Below, one piece after another: positions 38,001 to 53,500 of a stretch of DNA of 64,000 bases; positions within the stretch are counted from its first letter, which is position 1, and each line of letters begins with the position of its first letter. This DNA comes from Auanema rhodensis (Eukaryota; Animalia; Nematoda). Under the pieces are notes generated by a model. The model saw only the letters and a program-made list of their open reading frames with translations, searched no databases and was not told the DNA's origin. The position numbers and the translations under genes are program-made. The stretch is from NCBI GenBank assembly GCA_964057225.1, contig OZ059896.1:19158001-19222000 (forward strand), in the 5' to 3' direction.

Positions 38001-40490
38001 CAAGGCAAAGACGATGGACAATGTTATTCAACAAAAAAATTAATTCTTCAGGGTGAAAATCGAGGATATAAGTGTGAACTTATATCAGTTGATATCTCGG
38101 TGCATTTTTAAGCTAGCGCAAATCTGATAACACAGATCGACGCAGCTTAAAAATCCGCATCGAATGCACTATACTACATTGAGAAACGCTTAATACAAAA
38201 ATTAGTTATGATCGTTTGAAAAATGATGCATTAGTGTATGTTGAGTTTCCATGTACACTCAACATTGCTTCCAAAAACATTTCGACAAAAATTTTTTCGA
38301 AAAATTTCAAGATAATTTAGCAAAAAGTAGATGTTTTTAGATTCCTTTTTTCAAGGCAAAGACGATGGACAATGTTATTCAACAAAAAAATTAATTCTTC
38401 AGGGTGAAAATCGAGGATATAAGTGTGAACTTATATCAGTTGATATCTCGGTGCATTTTTAAGCTAGCGCAAATCTGATAACACAGATCGACGCAGCTTA
38501 AAAATCCGCATCGAATGCACTATACTACATTGAGAAACGCTTAATACAAAAATTAGTTATGATCGTTTGAAAAATGATGCATTAGTGTATGTTGAGTTTC
38601 CATGTACACTCAACATTGCTTCCAAAAACATTTTGACAAAAATTTTTTCGAAAAATTTCAAAATAATTTAGCAAAAAGTAGATGTTTTCAGATTCCTTTT
38701 TTCAAGGCAAAGACGATGGACAATGTTATTCAACGAAAAAATTAATTCTTCAGGGTGAAAATCGAGGATATGAGTGTGAACTTATATCAGTTGATATCTC
38801 GGTGCATTTTTAAGCTAGCGCAAATCTGATAACACAGATCGACGCAGCTCAAAAATCCGCATCGAATGCACTATACTACATTGAGAAACGCTTAATACAA
38901 AAATTAGTTATGATCGTTTGAAAAATGATGCATTAGTGTATGTTGAGTTTCCATGTACACTCAACGTTGCTTCCAAAAACATTTCGACAAAAATTTTTTC
39001 GAAAAATTTCAAGATAATTTAGCAAAAAGTAGATGTTTTTAGATTCCTTTTTTCAAGGCAAAGACGATGGACAATGTTATTCAACAAAAAAATTAATTCT
39101 TCAGGGTGAAAATCGAGGATATAAGTGTGAACTTATATCAGTTGATATCTCGGTGCATTTTTAAGCTAGCGCAAATCTGATAACACAGATCGACGCAGCT
39201 TAAAAATCCGCATCGAATGCACTATACTACATTGAGAAACGCTTAATACAAAAATTAGTTATGATCGTTTGAAAAATGATGCATTAGTGTATGTTGAGTT
39301 TCCATGTACACTCAACATTGCTTCCAAAAACATTTCGACAAAAATTTTTTCGAAAAATTTCAAGATAATTTAGCAAAAAGTAGATGTTTTTAGATTCCTT
39401 TTTTCAAGGCAAAGACGATGGACAATGTTATTCGACAAAAAAATTAATTCTTCAGGGTGAAAATCGAGGATATAAGTGTGAACTTATATCAGTTGATATC
39501 TCGGTGCATTTTTAAGCTAGCGCAAATCTGATAACACAGATCGACGCAGCTTAAAAATCCGCATCGAATGCACTATACTACATTGAGAAACGCTTAATAC
39601 AAAAATTAGTTATGATCGTTTGAAAAATGATGCATTAGTGTATGTTGAGTTTCCATGTACACTCAACATTGCTTCCAAAAACATTTTGACAAAAATTTTT
39701 TCGAAAAATTTCAAAATAATTTAGCAAAAAGTAGATGTTTTCAGATTCCTTTTTTCAAGGCAAAGACGATGGACAATGTTATTCAACGAAAAAATTAATT
39801 CTTCAGGGTGAAAATCGAGGATATGAGTGTGAACTTATATCAGTTGATATCTCGGTGCATTTTTAAGCTAGCGCAAATCTGATAACACAGATCGACGCAG
39901 CTCAAAAATCCGCATCGAATGCACTATACTACATTGAGAAACGCTTAATACAAAAATTAGTTATGATCGTTTGAAAAATGATGCATTAGTGTATGTTGAG
40001 TTTCCATGTACACTCAACGTTGCTTCCAAAAACATTTCGACAAAAATTTTTTCGAAAAATTTCAAGATAATTTAGCAAAAAGTAGATGTTTTTAGATTCC
40101 TTTTTTCAAGGCAAAGACGATGGACAATGTTATTCAACAAAAAAATTAATTCTTCAGGGTGAAAATCGAGGATATAAGTGTGAACTTATATCAGTTGATA
40201 TCTCGGTGCATTTTTAAGCTAGCGCAAATCTGATAACACAGATCGACGCAGCTTAAAAATCCGCATCGAATGCACTATACTACATTGAGAAACGCTTAAT
40301 ACAAAAATTAGTTATGATCGTTTGAAAAATGATGCATTAGTGTATGTTGAGTTTCCATGTACACTCAACATTGCTTCCAAAAACATTTTGACAAAAATTT
40401 TTTCGAAAAATTTCAAAATAATTTAGCAAAAAGTAGATGTTTTTAGATTCCTTTTTTCAAGGCAAAGACGATGGACAATGTTATTCAACG

Positions 40491-43400
40491 AAAAAATTAA
40501 TTCTTCAGGGTGAAAATCGAGGATATAAGTGTGAACTTATATCAGTTGATATCTCGGTGCATTTTTAAGCTAGCGCAAATCCGATAACACAGATCGACGC
40601 AGCTTAAAAATCCGCATCGAATGCACTATACTACATTGAGAAACGCTTAATACAAAAATTAGTTATGATCGTTTGAAAAATGATGCATTAGTGTATGTTG
40701 AGTTTCCATGTACACTCAACATTGCTTCCAAAAACATTTTGACAAAAATTTTTTCGAAAAATTTCAAAATAATTTAGCAAAAAGTAGATGTTTTTAGATT
40801 CCTTTTTTCAAGGCAAAGACGATGGACAATGTTATTCAACGAAAAAATTAATTCTTCAGGGTGAAAATCGAGGATATAAGTGTGAACTTATATCAGTTGA
40901 TATCTCGGTGCATTTTTAAGCTAGCGCAAATCTGATAACACAGATCGACGCAGCTTAAAAATCCGCATCGAATGCACTATACTACATTGAGAAACGCTTA
41001 ATACAAAAATTAGTTATGATCGTTTGAAAAATGATGCATTAGTGTATGTTGAGTTTCCATGTACACTCAACATTGCTTCCAAAAACATTTCGACAAAAAT
41101 TTTTTCGAAAAATTTCAAGATAATTTAGCAAAAAGTAGATGTTTTTAGATTCCTTTTTTCAAAGCAAAGACGATGGACAATGTTATTCAACAAAAAAATT
41201 AATTCTTCAGGGTGAAAATCGAGGATATAAGTGTGAACTTATATCAGTTGATATCTCGGTGCATTTTTAAGCTAGCGCAAATCTGATAACACAGATCGAC
41301 GCAGCTTAAAAATCCGCATCGAATGCACTATACTACATTGAGAAACGCTTAATACAAAAATTAGTTATGATCGTTTGAAAAATGATGCATTAGTGTATGT
41401 TGAGTTTCCATGTACACTCAACATTGCTTCCAAAAACATTTTGACAAAAATTTTTTCGAAAAATTTCAAAATAATTTAGCAAAAAGTAGATGTTTTTAGA
41501 TTCCTTTTTTCAAGGCAAAGACGATGGACAATGTTATTCAACGAAAAAATTAATTCTTCAGGGTGAAAATCGAGGATATAAGTGTGAACTTATATCAGTT
41601 GATATATCGGTGCATTTTTAAGCTAGCGCAAATCTAATAACACAGATCGACGCAGCTTAAAAATCCGCATCGAATGCACTATACTACATTGAGAAACGCT
41701 TAATACAAAAATTAGTTATGATCGTTTGAAAAATGATGCATTAGTGTATGTTGAGTTTCCATGTACACTCAACATTGCTTCCAAAAACATTTTGACAAAA
41801 ATTTTTTCGAAAAATTTCAAAATAATTTAGCAAAAAGTAGATGTTTTTAGATTTCTTTTTTCAAGGCAAAGACGATGGACAATGTTATTCAACGAAAAAA
41901 TTAATTCTTCAGGGTGAAAATCGAGGATATAAGTGTGAACTTATATCAGTTGATATCTCGGTGCATTTTTAAGCTAGCGCAAATCTGATAACACAGATCG
42001 ACGCAGCTTAAAAATCCGCATCGAATGCACTATACTACATTGAGAAACGCTTAATACAAAAATTAGTTATGATCGTTTGAAAAATGATGCATTAGTGTAT
42101 GTTGAGTTTCCATGTACACTCAACATTGCTTCCAAAAACATTTTGACAAAAATTTTTTCGAAAAATTTCAAAATAATTTAGCAAAAAGTAGATGTTTTTA
42201 GATTCCTTTTTTCAAGGCAAAGACGATGGACAATGTTATTCAACAAAAAAATTAGTTCTTCAGGGTGAAAATCGAGTATATAAGTGTGAACTTATATCAG
42301 TTGATATCTCGGTGCATTTTTAAGCTAGCGCAAATCTCATAACACAGATCGATGCAGCTTAAAAATCCGCATCGAATGCACTATACTACATTGAGAAACG
42401 CTTAATACAAAAATTAGTTATGATCGTTTGAAAAATGATGCATTAGTGTATGTTGAGTTTCCATGTACACTCAACATTGCTTCCAAAAACATTTTGACAA
42501 AAATTTTTTCGAAAAATTTCAAAATAATTTAGCAAGAAGTAGATGTTTTCAGATTCCTTTTTTCAAGGCAAAGACGATGGACAATGTTATTCAACGAAAA
42601 AATTAATTCTTCAGGGTGAAAATCGAGGATATGAGTGTGAACTTATATCAGTTGATATCTCGGTGCATTTTTAAGCTAGCGCAAATCTGATAACACAGAT
42701 CGACGCAGCTTAAAAATCCGCATCGAATGCACTATACTACATTGAGAAACGCTTAATACAAAAATTAGTTATGATCGTTTGAAAAATGATGCATTAGTGT
42801 ATGTTGAGTTTCCATGTACACTCAACGTTGCTTCCAAAAACATTTCGACAAAAATTTTTTCGAAAAATTTCAAGATAATTTAGCAAAAAGTAGATGTTTT
42901 TAGATTCCTTTTTTCAAGGCAAAGACGATGGACAATGTTATTCAACGAAAAAATTAATTCTTCAGGGTGAAAATCGAGGATATGAGTGTGAACTTATATC
43001 AGTTGATATCTCGGTGCATTTTTAAGCTAGCGCAAATCTGATAACACAGATCGACGCAGCTTAAAAATCCGCATCGAATGCACTATACTACATTGAGAAA
43101 CGCTTAATACAAAAATTAGTTATGATCGTTTGAAAAATGATGCATTAGTGTATGTTGAGTTTCCATGTACACTCAACGTTGCTTCCAAAAACATTTCGAC
43201 AAAAATTTTTTCGAAAAATTTCAAGATAATTTAGCAAAAAGTAGATGTTTTTAGATTCCTTTTTTCAAGGCAAAGACGATGGACAATGTTATTCAACAAA
43301 AAAATTAATTCTTCAGGGTGAAAATCGAGGATATAAGTGTGAACTTATATCAGTTGATATCTCGGTGCATTTTTAAGCTAGCGCAAATCTGATAACACAG

Positions 43401-46400
43401 ATCGACGCAGCTTAAAAATCGGCATCGAATGCACTATACTACATTGAGAAACGCTTAATACAAAAATTAGTTATGATCGTTTGAAAAATGATGCATTAGT
43501 GTATGTTGAGTTTCCATGTACACTCAACATTGCTTCCAAAAACATTTTGACAAAAATTTTTTCGAAAAATTTCAAAATAATTTAGCAAAAAGTAGATGTT
43601 TTTAGATTCCTTTTTTCAAGGCAAAGACGATGGACAATGTTATTCAACGAAAAAATTAATTCTTCAGGGTGAAAATCGAGGATATAAGTGTGAACTTATA
43701 TCAGTTAATATCTCGGTGCATTTTTAAGCTAGCGCAAATCTGATAACACAGATCGACGCAGCTTAAAAATCCGCATCGAATGCACTATACTACATTGAGA
43801 AACGCTTAATACAAAAATTAGTTATGATCGTTTGAAAAATGATGCATTAGTGTATGTTGAGTTTCCATGTACACTCAACATTGCTTCCAAAAACATTTTG
43901 ACAAAAATTTTTTCGAAAAATTTCAAAATAATTTAGCAAGAAGTAGATGTTTTCAGATTCCTTTTTTCAAGGCAAAGACGATGGACAATGTTATTCAACG
44001 AAAAAATTAATTCTTCAGGGTGAAAATCGAGGATATGAGTGTGAACTTATATCAGTTGATATCTCGGTGCATTTTTAAGCTAGCGCAAATCTGATAACAC
44101 AGATCGACGCAGCTTAAAAATCCGCATCGAATGCACTATACTACATTGAGAAACGCTTAATACAAAAATTAGTTATGATCGTTTGAAAAATGATGCATTA
44201 GTGTATGTTGAGTTTCCATGTACACTCAACGTTGCTTCCAAAAACATTTCGACAAAAATTTTTTCGAAAAATTTCAAGATAATTTAGCAAAAAGTAGATG
44301 TTTTTACATTCCTTTTTTCAAGGCAAAGACGATGGACAATGTTATTCAACGAAAAAATTAATTCTTCAGGGTGAAAATCGAGGATATAAGTGTGAACTTA
44401 TATCAGTTGATATCTCGGTGCATTTTTAAGCTAGCGCAAATCTGATAACACAGATCGACGCAGCTTAAAAATCCGCATCGAATGCACTATACTACATTGA
44501 GAAACGCTTAATACAAAAATTAGTTATGATCGTTTGAAAAATGATGCATTAGTGTATGTTGAGTTTCCATGTACACTCAACGTTGCTTCCAAAAACATTT
44601 CGACAAAAATTTTTTCGAAAAATTTCAAGATAATTTAGCAAAAAGTAGATGTTTTTAGATTCCTTTTTTCAAGGCAAAGACGATGGACAATGTTATTCAA
44701 CAAAAAAATTAATTCTTCAGGGTGAAAATCGAGGATATAAGTGTGAACTTATATCAGTTGATATCTCGGTGCATTTTTAAGCTAGCGCAAATCCGATAAC
44801 ACAGATCGACGCAGCTTAAAAATCCGCATCGAATGCACTATACTACATTGAGAAACGCTTAATACAAAAATTAGTTATGATCGTTTGAAAAATGATGCAT
44901 TAGTGTATGTTGAGTTTCCATGTACACTCAACATTGCTTCCAAAAACATTTTGACAAAAATTTTTTCGAAAAATTTCAAAATAATTTAGCAAAAAGTAGA
45001 TGTTTTTAGATTCCTTTTTTCAAGGCAAAGACGATGGACAATGTTATTCAACGAAAAAATTAATTCTTCAGGGTGAAAATCGAGGATATAAGTGTGAACT
45101 TATATCAGTTGATATCTCGGTGCATTTTTAAGCTAGCGCAAATCTGATAACACAGATCGACGCAGCTTAAAAATCCGCATCGAATGCACTATACTACATT
45201 GAGAAACGCTTAATACAAAAATTAGTTATGATCGTTTGAAAAATGATGCATTAGTGTATGTTGAGTTTCCATGTACACTCAACATTGCTTCCAAAAACAT
45301 TTCGACAAAAATTTTTTCGAAAAATTTCAAGATAATTTAGCAAAAAGTAGATGTTTTTAGATTCCTTTTTTCAAAGCAAAGACGATGGACAATGTTATTC
45401 AACAAAAAAATTAATTCTTCAGGGTGAAAATCGAGGATATAAGTGTGAACTTATATCAGTTGATATCTCGGTGCATTTTTAAGCTAGCGCAAATCTGATA
45501 ACACAGATCGACGCAGCTTAAAAATCCGCATCGAATGCACTATACTACATTGAGAAACGCTTAATACAAAAATTAGTTATGATCGTTTGAAAAATGATGC
45601 ATTAGTGTATGTTGAGTTTCCATGTACACTCAACATTGCTTCCAAAAACATTTTGACAAAAATTTTTTCGAAAAATTTCAAAATAATTTAGCAAAAAGTA
45701 GATGTTTTTAGATTCCTTTTTTCAAGGCAAAGACGATGGACAATGTTATTCAACGAAAAAATTAATTCTTCAGGGTGAAAATCGAGGATATAAGTGTGAA
45801 CTTATATCAGTTGATATATCGGTGCATTTTTAAGCTAGCGCAAATCTAATAACACAGATCGACGCAGCTTAAAAATCCGCATCGAATGCACTATACTACA
45901 TTGAGAAACGCTTAATACAAAAATTAGTTATGATCGTTTGAAAAATGATGCATTAGTGTATGTTGAGTTTCCATGTACACTCAACATTGCTTCCAAAAAC
46001 ATTTTGACAAAAATTTTTTCGAAAAATTTCAAAATAATTTAGCAAAAAGTAGATGTTTTTAGATTTCTTTTTTCAAGGCAAAGACGATGGACAATGTTAT
46101 TCAACGAAAAAATTAATTCTTCAGGGTGAAAATCGAGGATATAAGTGTGAACTTATATCAGTTGATATCTCGGTGCATTTTTAAGCTAGCGCAAATCTGA
46201 TAACACAGATCGACGCAGCTTAAAAATCCGCATCGAATGCACTATACTACATTGAGAAACGCTTAATACAAAAATTAGTTATGATCGTTTGAAAAATGAT
46301 GCATTAGTGTATGTTGAGTTTCCATGTACACTCAACATTGCTTCCAAAAACATTTTGACAAAAATTTTTTCGAAAAATTTCAAAATAATTTAGCAAAAAG

Positions 46401-48793
46401 TAGATGTTTTTAGATTCCTTTTTTCAAGGCAAAGACGATGGACAATGTTATTCAACAAAAAAATTAGTTCTTCAGGGTGAAAATCGAGTATATAAGTGTG
46501 AACTTATATCAGTTGATATCTCGGTGCATTTTTAAGCTAGCGCAAATCTCATAACACAGATCGATGCAGCTTAAAAATCCGCATCGAATGCACTATACTA
46601 CATTGAGAAACGCTTAATACAAAAATTAGTTATGATCGTTTGAAAAATGATGCATTAGTGTATGTTGAGTTTCCATGTACACTCAACATTGCTTCCAAAA
46701 ACATTTTGACAAAAATTTTTTCGAAAAATTTCAAAATAATTTAGCAAGAAGTAGATGTTTTCAGATTCCTTTTTTCAAGGCAAAGACGATGGACAATGTT
46801 ATTCAACGAAAAAATTAATTCTTCAGGGTGAAAATCGAGGATATGAGTGTGAACTTATATCAGTTGATATCTCGGTGCATTTTTAAGCTAGCGCAAATCT
46901 GATAACACAGATCGACGCAGCTTAAAAATCCGCATCGAATGCACTATACTACATTGAGAAACGCTTAATACAAAAATTAGTTATGATCGTTTGAAAAATG
47001 ATGCATTAGTGTATGTTGAGTTTCCATGTACACTCAACGTTGCTTCCAAAAACATTTCGACAAAAATTTTTTCGAAAAATTTCAAGATAATTTAGCAAAA
47101 AGTAGATGTTTTTAGATTCCTTTTTTCAAGGCAAAGACGATGGACAATGTTATTCAACGAAAAAATTAATTCTTCAGGGTGAAAATCGAGGATATGAGTG
47201 TGAACTTATATCAGTTGATATCTCGGTGCATTTTTAAGCTAGCGCAAATCTGATAACACAGATCGACGCAGCTTAAAAATCCGCATCGAATGCACTATAC
47301 TACATTGAGAAACGCTTAATACAAAAATTAGTTATGATCGTTTGAAAAATGATGCATTAGTGTATGTTGAGTTTCCATGTACACTCAACGTTGCTTCCAA
47401 AAACATTTCGACAAAAATTTTTTCGAAAAATTTCAAGATAATTTAGCAAAAAGTAGATGTTTTTAGATTCCTTTTTTCAAGGCAAAGACGATGGACAATG
47501 TTATTCAACAAAAAAATTAATTCTTCAGGGTGAAAATCGAGGATATAAGTGTGAACTTATATCAGTTGATATCTCGGTGCATTTTTAAGCTAGCGCAAAT
47601 CTGATAACACAGATCGACGCAGCTTAAAAATCGGCATCGAATGCACTATACTACATTGAGAAACGCTTAATACAAAAATTAGTTATGATCGTTTGAAAAA
47701 TGATGCATTAGTGTATGTTGAGTTTCCATGTACACTCAACATTGCTTCCAAAAACATTTTGACAAAAATTTTTTCGAAAAATTTCAAAATAATTTAGCAA
47801 AAAGTAGATGTTTTTAGATTCCTTTTTTCAAGGCAAAGACGATGGACAATGTTATTCAACGAAAAAATTAATTCTTCAGGGTGAAAATCGAGGATATAAG
47901 TGTGAACTTATATCAGTTAATATCTCGGTGCATTTTTAAGCTAGCGCAAATCTGATAACACAGATCGACGCAGCTTAAAAATCCGCATCGAATGCACTAT
48001 ACTACATTGAGAAACGCTTAATACAAAAATTAGTTATGATCGTTTGAAAAATGATGCATTAGTGTATGTTGAGTTTCCATGTACACTCAACATTGCTTCC
48101 AAAAACATTTTGACAAAAATTTTTTCGAAAAATTTCAAAATAATTTAGCAAGAAGTAGATGTTTTCAGATTCCTTTTTTCAAGGCAAAGACGATGGACAA
48201 TGTTATTCAACGAAAAAATTAATTCTTCAGGGTGAAAATCGAGGATATGAGTGTGAACTTATATCAGTTGATATCTCGGTGCATTTTTAAGCTAGCGCAA
48301 ATCTGATAACACAGATCGACGCAGCTTAAAAATCCGCATCGAATGCACTATACTACATTGAGAAACGCTTAATACAAAAATTAGTTATGATCGTTTGAAA
48401 AATGATGCATTAGTGTATGTTGAGTTTCCATGTACACTCAACGTTGCTTCCAAAAACATTTCGACAAAAATTTTTTCGAAAAATTTCAAGATAATTTAGC
48501 AAAAAGTAGATGTTTTTACATTCCTTTTTTCAAGGCAAAGACGATGGACAATGTTATTCAACGAAAAAATTAATTCTTCAGGGTGAAAATCGAGGATATA
48601 AGTGTGAACTTATATCAGTTGATATCTCGGTGCATTTTTAAGCTAGCGCAAATCTGATAACACAGATCGACGCAGCTTAAAAATCCGCATCGAATGCACT
48701 ATACTACATTGAGAAACGCTTAATACAAAAATTAGTTATGATCGTTTGAAAAATGATGCATTAGTGTATGTTGAGTTTCCATGTACACTCAAC
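40491..48793. repeat. 12-monomer higher-order duplication (lag 4212 bp)
   Basis: Five rare SNP pairs all have lag 4212: 40582/44794 (ATCCGATA), 41163/45375 (CAAAGC), 43421/47633 (ATCGGCAT), 43707/47919 (GTTAATATC), 44307/48519 (TTTACATT). Confidence 0.93.
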
Positions 48794-49111
48794 ATTGCTT
48801 CCAAAAACATTTTGACAAAAATTTTTTCGAAAAATTTCAAAATAATTTAGCAAAAAGTAGATGTTTTTAGATTCCTTTTTCCAAGGCAAAGACGATGGAC
48901 AATGTTATTCAACGAAAAAATTAATTCTTCAGGGTGAAAATCGAGGATATAAGTGTGAACTTATATCAGTTGATATCTCGGTGCATTTTTAAGCTAGCGC
49001 AAATCTGATAACACAGATCGACGCAGCTTAAAAATCCGCATCGAATGCACTATACTACATTGAGAAACGCTTAATACAAAAATTAGTTATGATCGTTTGA
49101 AAAATGATGCA

Positions 49112-50515
49112 TTAGTGTATGTTGAGTTTCCATGTACACTCAACATTGCTTCCAAAAACATTTCGACAAAAATTTTTTCGAAAAATTTCAAGATAATTTA
49201 GCAAAAAGTAGATGTTTTTAGATTCCTTTTTTCAAGGCAAAGACGATGGACAGAGTTATTCAACAAAAAAATTAATTCTTCAGGGTGAAAATCGAGGATA
49301 TAAGTGTGAACTTATATCAGTTGATATCTCGGTGCATTTTTAAGCTAGCGCAAATCTCATAACACAGATCGACGCAGCTTAAAAATCCGCATCGAATGCA
49401 CTATACTACATTGAGAAACGCTTAATACAAAAATTAGTTATGATCGTTTGAAAAATGATGCATTAGTGTATGTTGAGTTTCCATGTACACTCAACATTGC
49501 TTCCAAAAACATTTTGACAAAAATTTTTTCGAAAAATTTCAAAATAATTTAGCAAAAAGTAGATGTTTTTAGATTCCTTTTTTCAAGGCAAAGACGATGG
49601 ACAGAGTTATTCAACAAAAAAATTAATTCTTCAGGGTGAAAATCGAGGATATAAGTGTGAACTTATATCAGTTGATATCTCGGTGCATTTTTAAGCTAGC
49701 GCAAATCTCATAACACAGATCGACGCAGCTTAAAAATCCGCATCGAATGCACTATACTACATTGAGAAACGCTTAATACAAAAATTAGTTATGATCGTTT
49801 GAAAAATGATGCATTAGTGTATGTTGAGTTTCCATGTACACTCAACATTGCTTCCAAAAACATTTCGACAAAAATTTTTTCGAAAAATTTCAAGATAATT
49901 TAGCAAAAAGTAGATGTTTTTAGATTCCTTTTTTCAAGGCAAAGACGATGGACAGAGTTATTCAACAAAAAAATTAATTCTTCAGGGTGAAAATCGAGGA
50001 TATAAGTGTGAACTTATATCAGTTGATATCTCGGTGCATTTTTAAGCTAGCGCAAATCTCATAACACAGATCGACGCAGCTTAAAAATCCGCATCGAATG
50101 CACTATACTACATTGAGAAACGCTTAATACAAAAATTAGTTATGATCGTTTGAAAAATGATGCATTAGTGTATGTTGAGTTTCCATGTACACTCAACATT
50201 GCTTCCAAAAACATTTTGACAAAAATTTTTTCGAAAAATTTCAAAATAATTTAGCAAAAAGTAGATGTTTTTAGATTCCTTTTTTCAAGGCAAAGACGAT
50301 GGACAGAGTTATTCAACAAAAAAATTAATTCTTCAGGGTGAAAATCGAGGATATAAGTGTGAACTTATATCAGTTGATATCTCGGTGCATTTTTAAGCTA
50401 GCGCAAATCTCATAACACAGATCGACGCAGCTTAAAAATCCGCATCGAATGCACTATACTACATTGAGAAACGCTTAATACAAAAATTAGTTATGATCGT
50501 TTGAAAAATGATGCA
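49112..50515. repeat. 2-monomer duplication of GGACAGAGTT-type monomers
   Basis: Four consecutive monomers carry GGACAGAGTT and alternate between TTTCGAC/CAAGAT and TTTTGAC/CAAAAT. Confidence 0.8.
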
Positions 50516-53500
50516 TTAGTGTATGTTGAGTTTCCATGTACACTCAACATTGCTTCCAAAAACATTTTGACAAAAATTTTTTCAAAAAATTTCAAAATAA
50601 TTTAGCAAAAAGTAGATGTTTTTAGATTCCTTTTTTCAAGGCAAAGACGATGGACAATGTTATTCAACGAAAAAATTAATTCTTCAGGGTGAAAATCGAG
50701 GATATAAGTGTGAACTTATATCAGTTGATATCTCAGTGCATTTTTAAGCTAGCGCAAATCTGATAACACAGATCGACGCAGCTTAAAAATCCGCATCGAA
50801 TGCACTATACTACATTGAGAAACGCTTAATACAAAAATTAGTTATGATCGTTTGAAAAATGATGCATTAGTGTATGTTGAGTTTCCATGTACACTCAACG
50901 TTGCTTCCAAAAACATTTCGACAAAAATTTTTTCGAAAATTTTCAAGATAATTTAGCAAAAAGTAGATGTTTTTAGATTCCTTTTTTCAAGGCAAAGACG
51001 ATGGACAATGTTATTCAACAAAAAAATTAATTCTTCAGGGTGAAAATCGAGGATATAAGTGTGAACTTATATCAGTTGATATCTCGGTGCATTTTTAAGC
51101 TAGCGCAAATCTGATAACACAGATCGACGCAGCTTAAAAATCCGCATCGAATGCACTATACTACATTGAGAAACGCTTAATACAAAAATTAGTTATGATC
51201 GTTTGAAAAATGATGCATTAGTGTATGTTGAGTTTCCATGTACACTCAACATTGCTTCCAAAAACATTTTGACAAAAATTTTTTCGAAAAATTTCAAAAT
51301 AATTTAGCAAAAAGTAGATGTTTTTAGATTCCTTTTTTCAAGGCAAAGACGATGGACAATGTTATTCAACGAAAAAATTAATTCTTCAGGGTGAAAATCG
51401 AGGATATAAGTGTGAACTTATATCAGTTGATATCTCGGTGCATTTTTAAGCTAGCGCAAATCTGATAACACAGATCGACGCAGCTTAAAAATCCGCATCG
51501 AATGCACTATACTACATTGAGAAACGCTTAATACAAAAATTAGTTATGATCGTTTGAAAAATGATGCATTAGTGTATGTTGAGTTTCCATGTACACTCAA
51601 CATTGCTTCCAAAAACATTTCGACAAAAATTTTTTCGAAAAATTTCAAGATAATTTAGCAAAAAGTAGATGTTTTTAGATTCCTTTTTTCAAGGCAAAGA
51701 CGATGGACAATGTTATTCAACAAAAAAATTAATTCTTCAGGGTGAAAATCGAGGATATAAGTGTGAACTTATATCAGTTGATATCTCGGTGCATTTTTAA
51801 GCTAGCGCAAATCCGATAACACAGATCGACGCAGCTTAAAAATCCGCATCGAATGCACTATACTACATTGAGAAACGCTTAATACAAAAATTAGTTATGA
51901 TCGTTTGAAAAATGATGCATTAGTGTATGTTGAGTTTCCATGTACACTCAACATTGCTTCCAAAAACATTTTGACAAAAATTTTTTCGAAAAATTTCAAA
52001 ATAATTTAGCAAAAAGTAGATGTTTTTAGATTCCTTTTTTCAAGGCAAAGACGATGGACAATGTTATTCAACGAAAAAATTAATTCTTCAGGGTGAAAAT
52101 CGAGGATATAAGTGTGAACTTATATCAGTTGATATCTCGGTGCATTTTTAAGCTAGCGCAAATCTGATAACACAGATCGACGCAGCTTAAAAATCCGCAT
52201 CGAATGCACTATACTACATTGAGAAACGCTTAATACAAAAATTAGTTATGATCGTTTGAAAAATGATGCATTAGTGTATGTTGAGTTTCCATGTACACTC
52301 AACATTGCTTCCAAAAACATTTTGACAAAAATTTTTTCGAAAAATTTCAAAATAATTTAGCAAAAAGTAGATGTTTTTAGATTCCTTTTTTCAAGGCAAA
52401 GACGATGGACAATGTTATTCAACAAAAAAATTAGTTCTTCAGGGTGAAAATCGAGTATATAAGTGTGAACTTATATCAGTTGATATCTCGGTGCATTTTT
52501 AAGCTAGCGCAAATCTGATAACACAGATCGACGCAGCTTAAAAATCCGCATCGAATGCACTATACTACATTGAGAAACGCTTAATACAAAAATTAGTTAT
52601 GATCGTTTGAAAAATGATGCATTAGTGTATGTTGAGTTTCCATGTACACTCAACATTGCTTCCAAAAACATTTTGACAAAAATTTTTTCGAAAATTTTCA
52701 GAATAATTTAGCAAAAAGTAGATGTTTTCAGATTCCTTTTTTCAAGGCAAAGACGATGGACAATGTTATTCAACGAAAAAATTAATTCTTCAGGGTGAAA
52801 ATCGAGGATATAAGTGTGAACTTATATCAGTTGATATCTCGGTGCATTTTTAAGCTGGCGCAAATCTGATAACACAGATCGACGCAGCTTAAAAATCCGC
52901 ATCGAATGCACTATACTACATTGAGAAACGCTTAATACAAAAATTAGTTATGATCGTTTGAAAAATGATGCATTAGTGTATGTTGAGTTTCCATGTACAC
53001 TCAACATTGCTTCCAAAAACATTTCGACAAAAATTTTTTCGAAAAATTTCAAGATAATTTAGCAAAAAGTAGATGTTTTTAGATTCCTTTTTTCAAGGCA
53101 AAGACGATGGACAATGTTATTCAACAAAAAAATTAATTCTTCAGGGTGAAAATCGAGGATATAAGTGTGAACTTATATCAGTTGATATCTCGGTGCATTT
53201 TTAAGCTAGCGCAAATCTGATAACACAGATCGACGCAGCTTAAAAATCCGCATCGAATGCACTATACTACATTGAGAAACGCTTAATACAAAAATTAGTT
53301 ATGATCGTTTGAAAAATGATGCATTAGTGTATGTTGAGTTTCCATGTACACTCAACATTGCTTCCAAAAACATTTTGACAAAAATTTTTTCGAAAAATTT
53401 CAAAATAATTTAGCAAAAAGTAGATGTTTTTAGATTCCTTTTTTCAAGGCAAAGACGATGGACAATGTTATTCAATGAAAAAATTAATTCTTCAGGGTGA

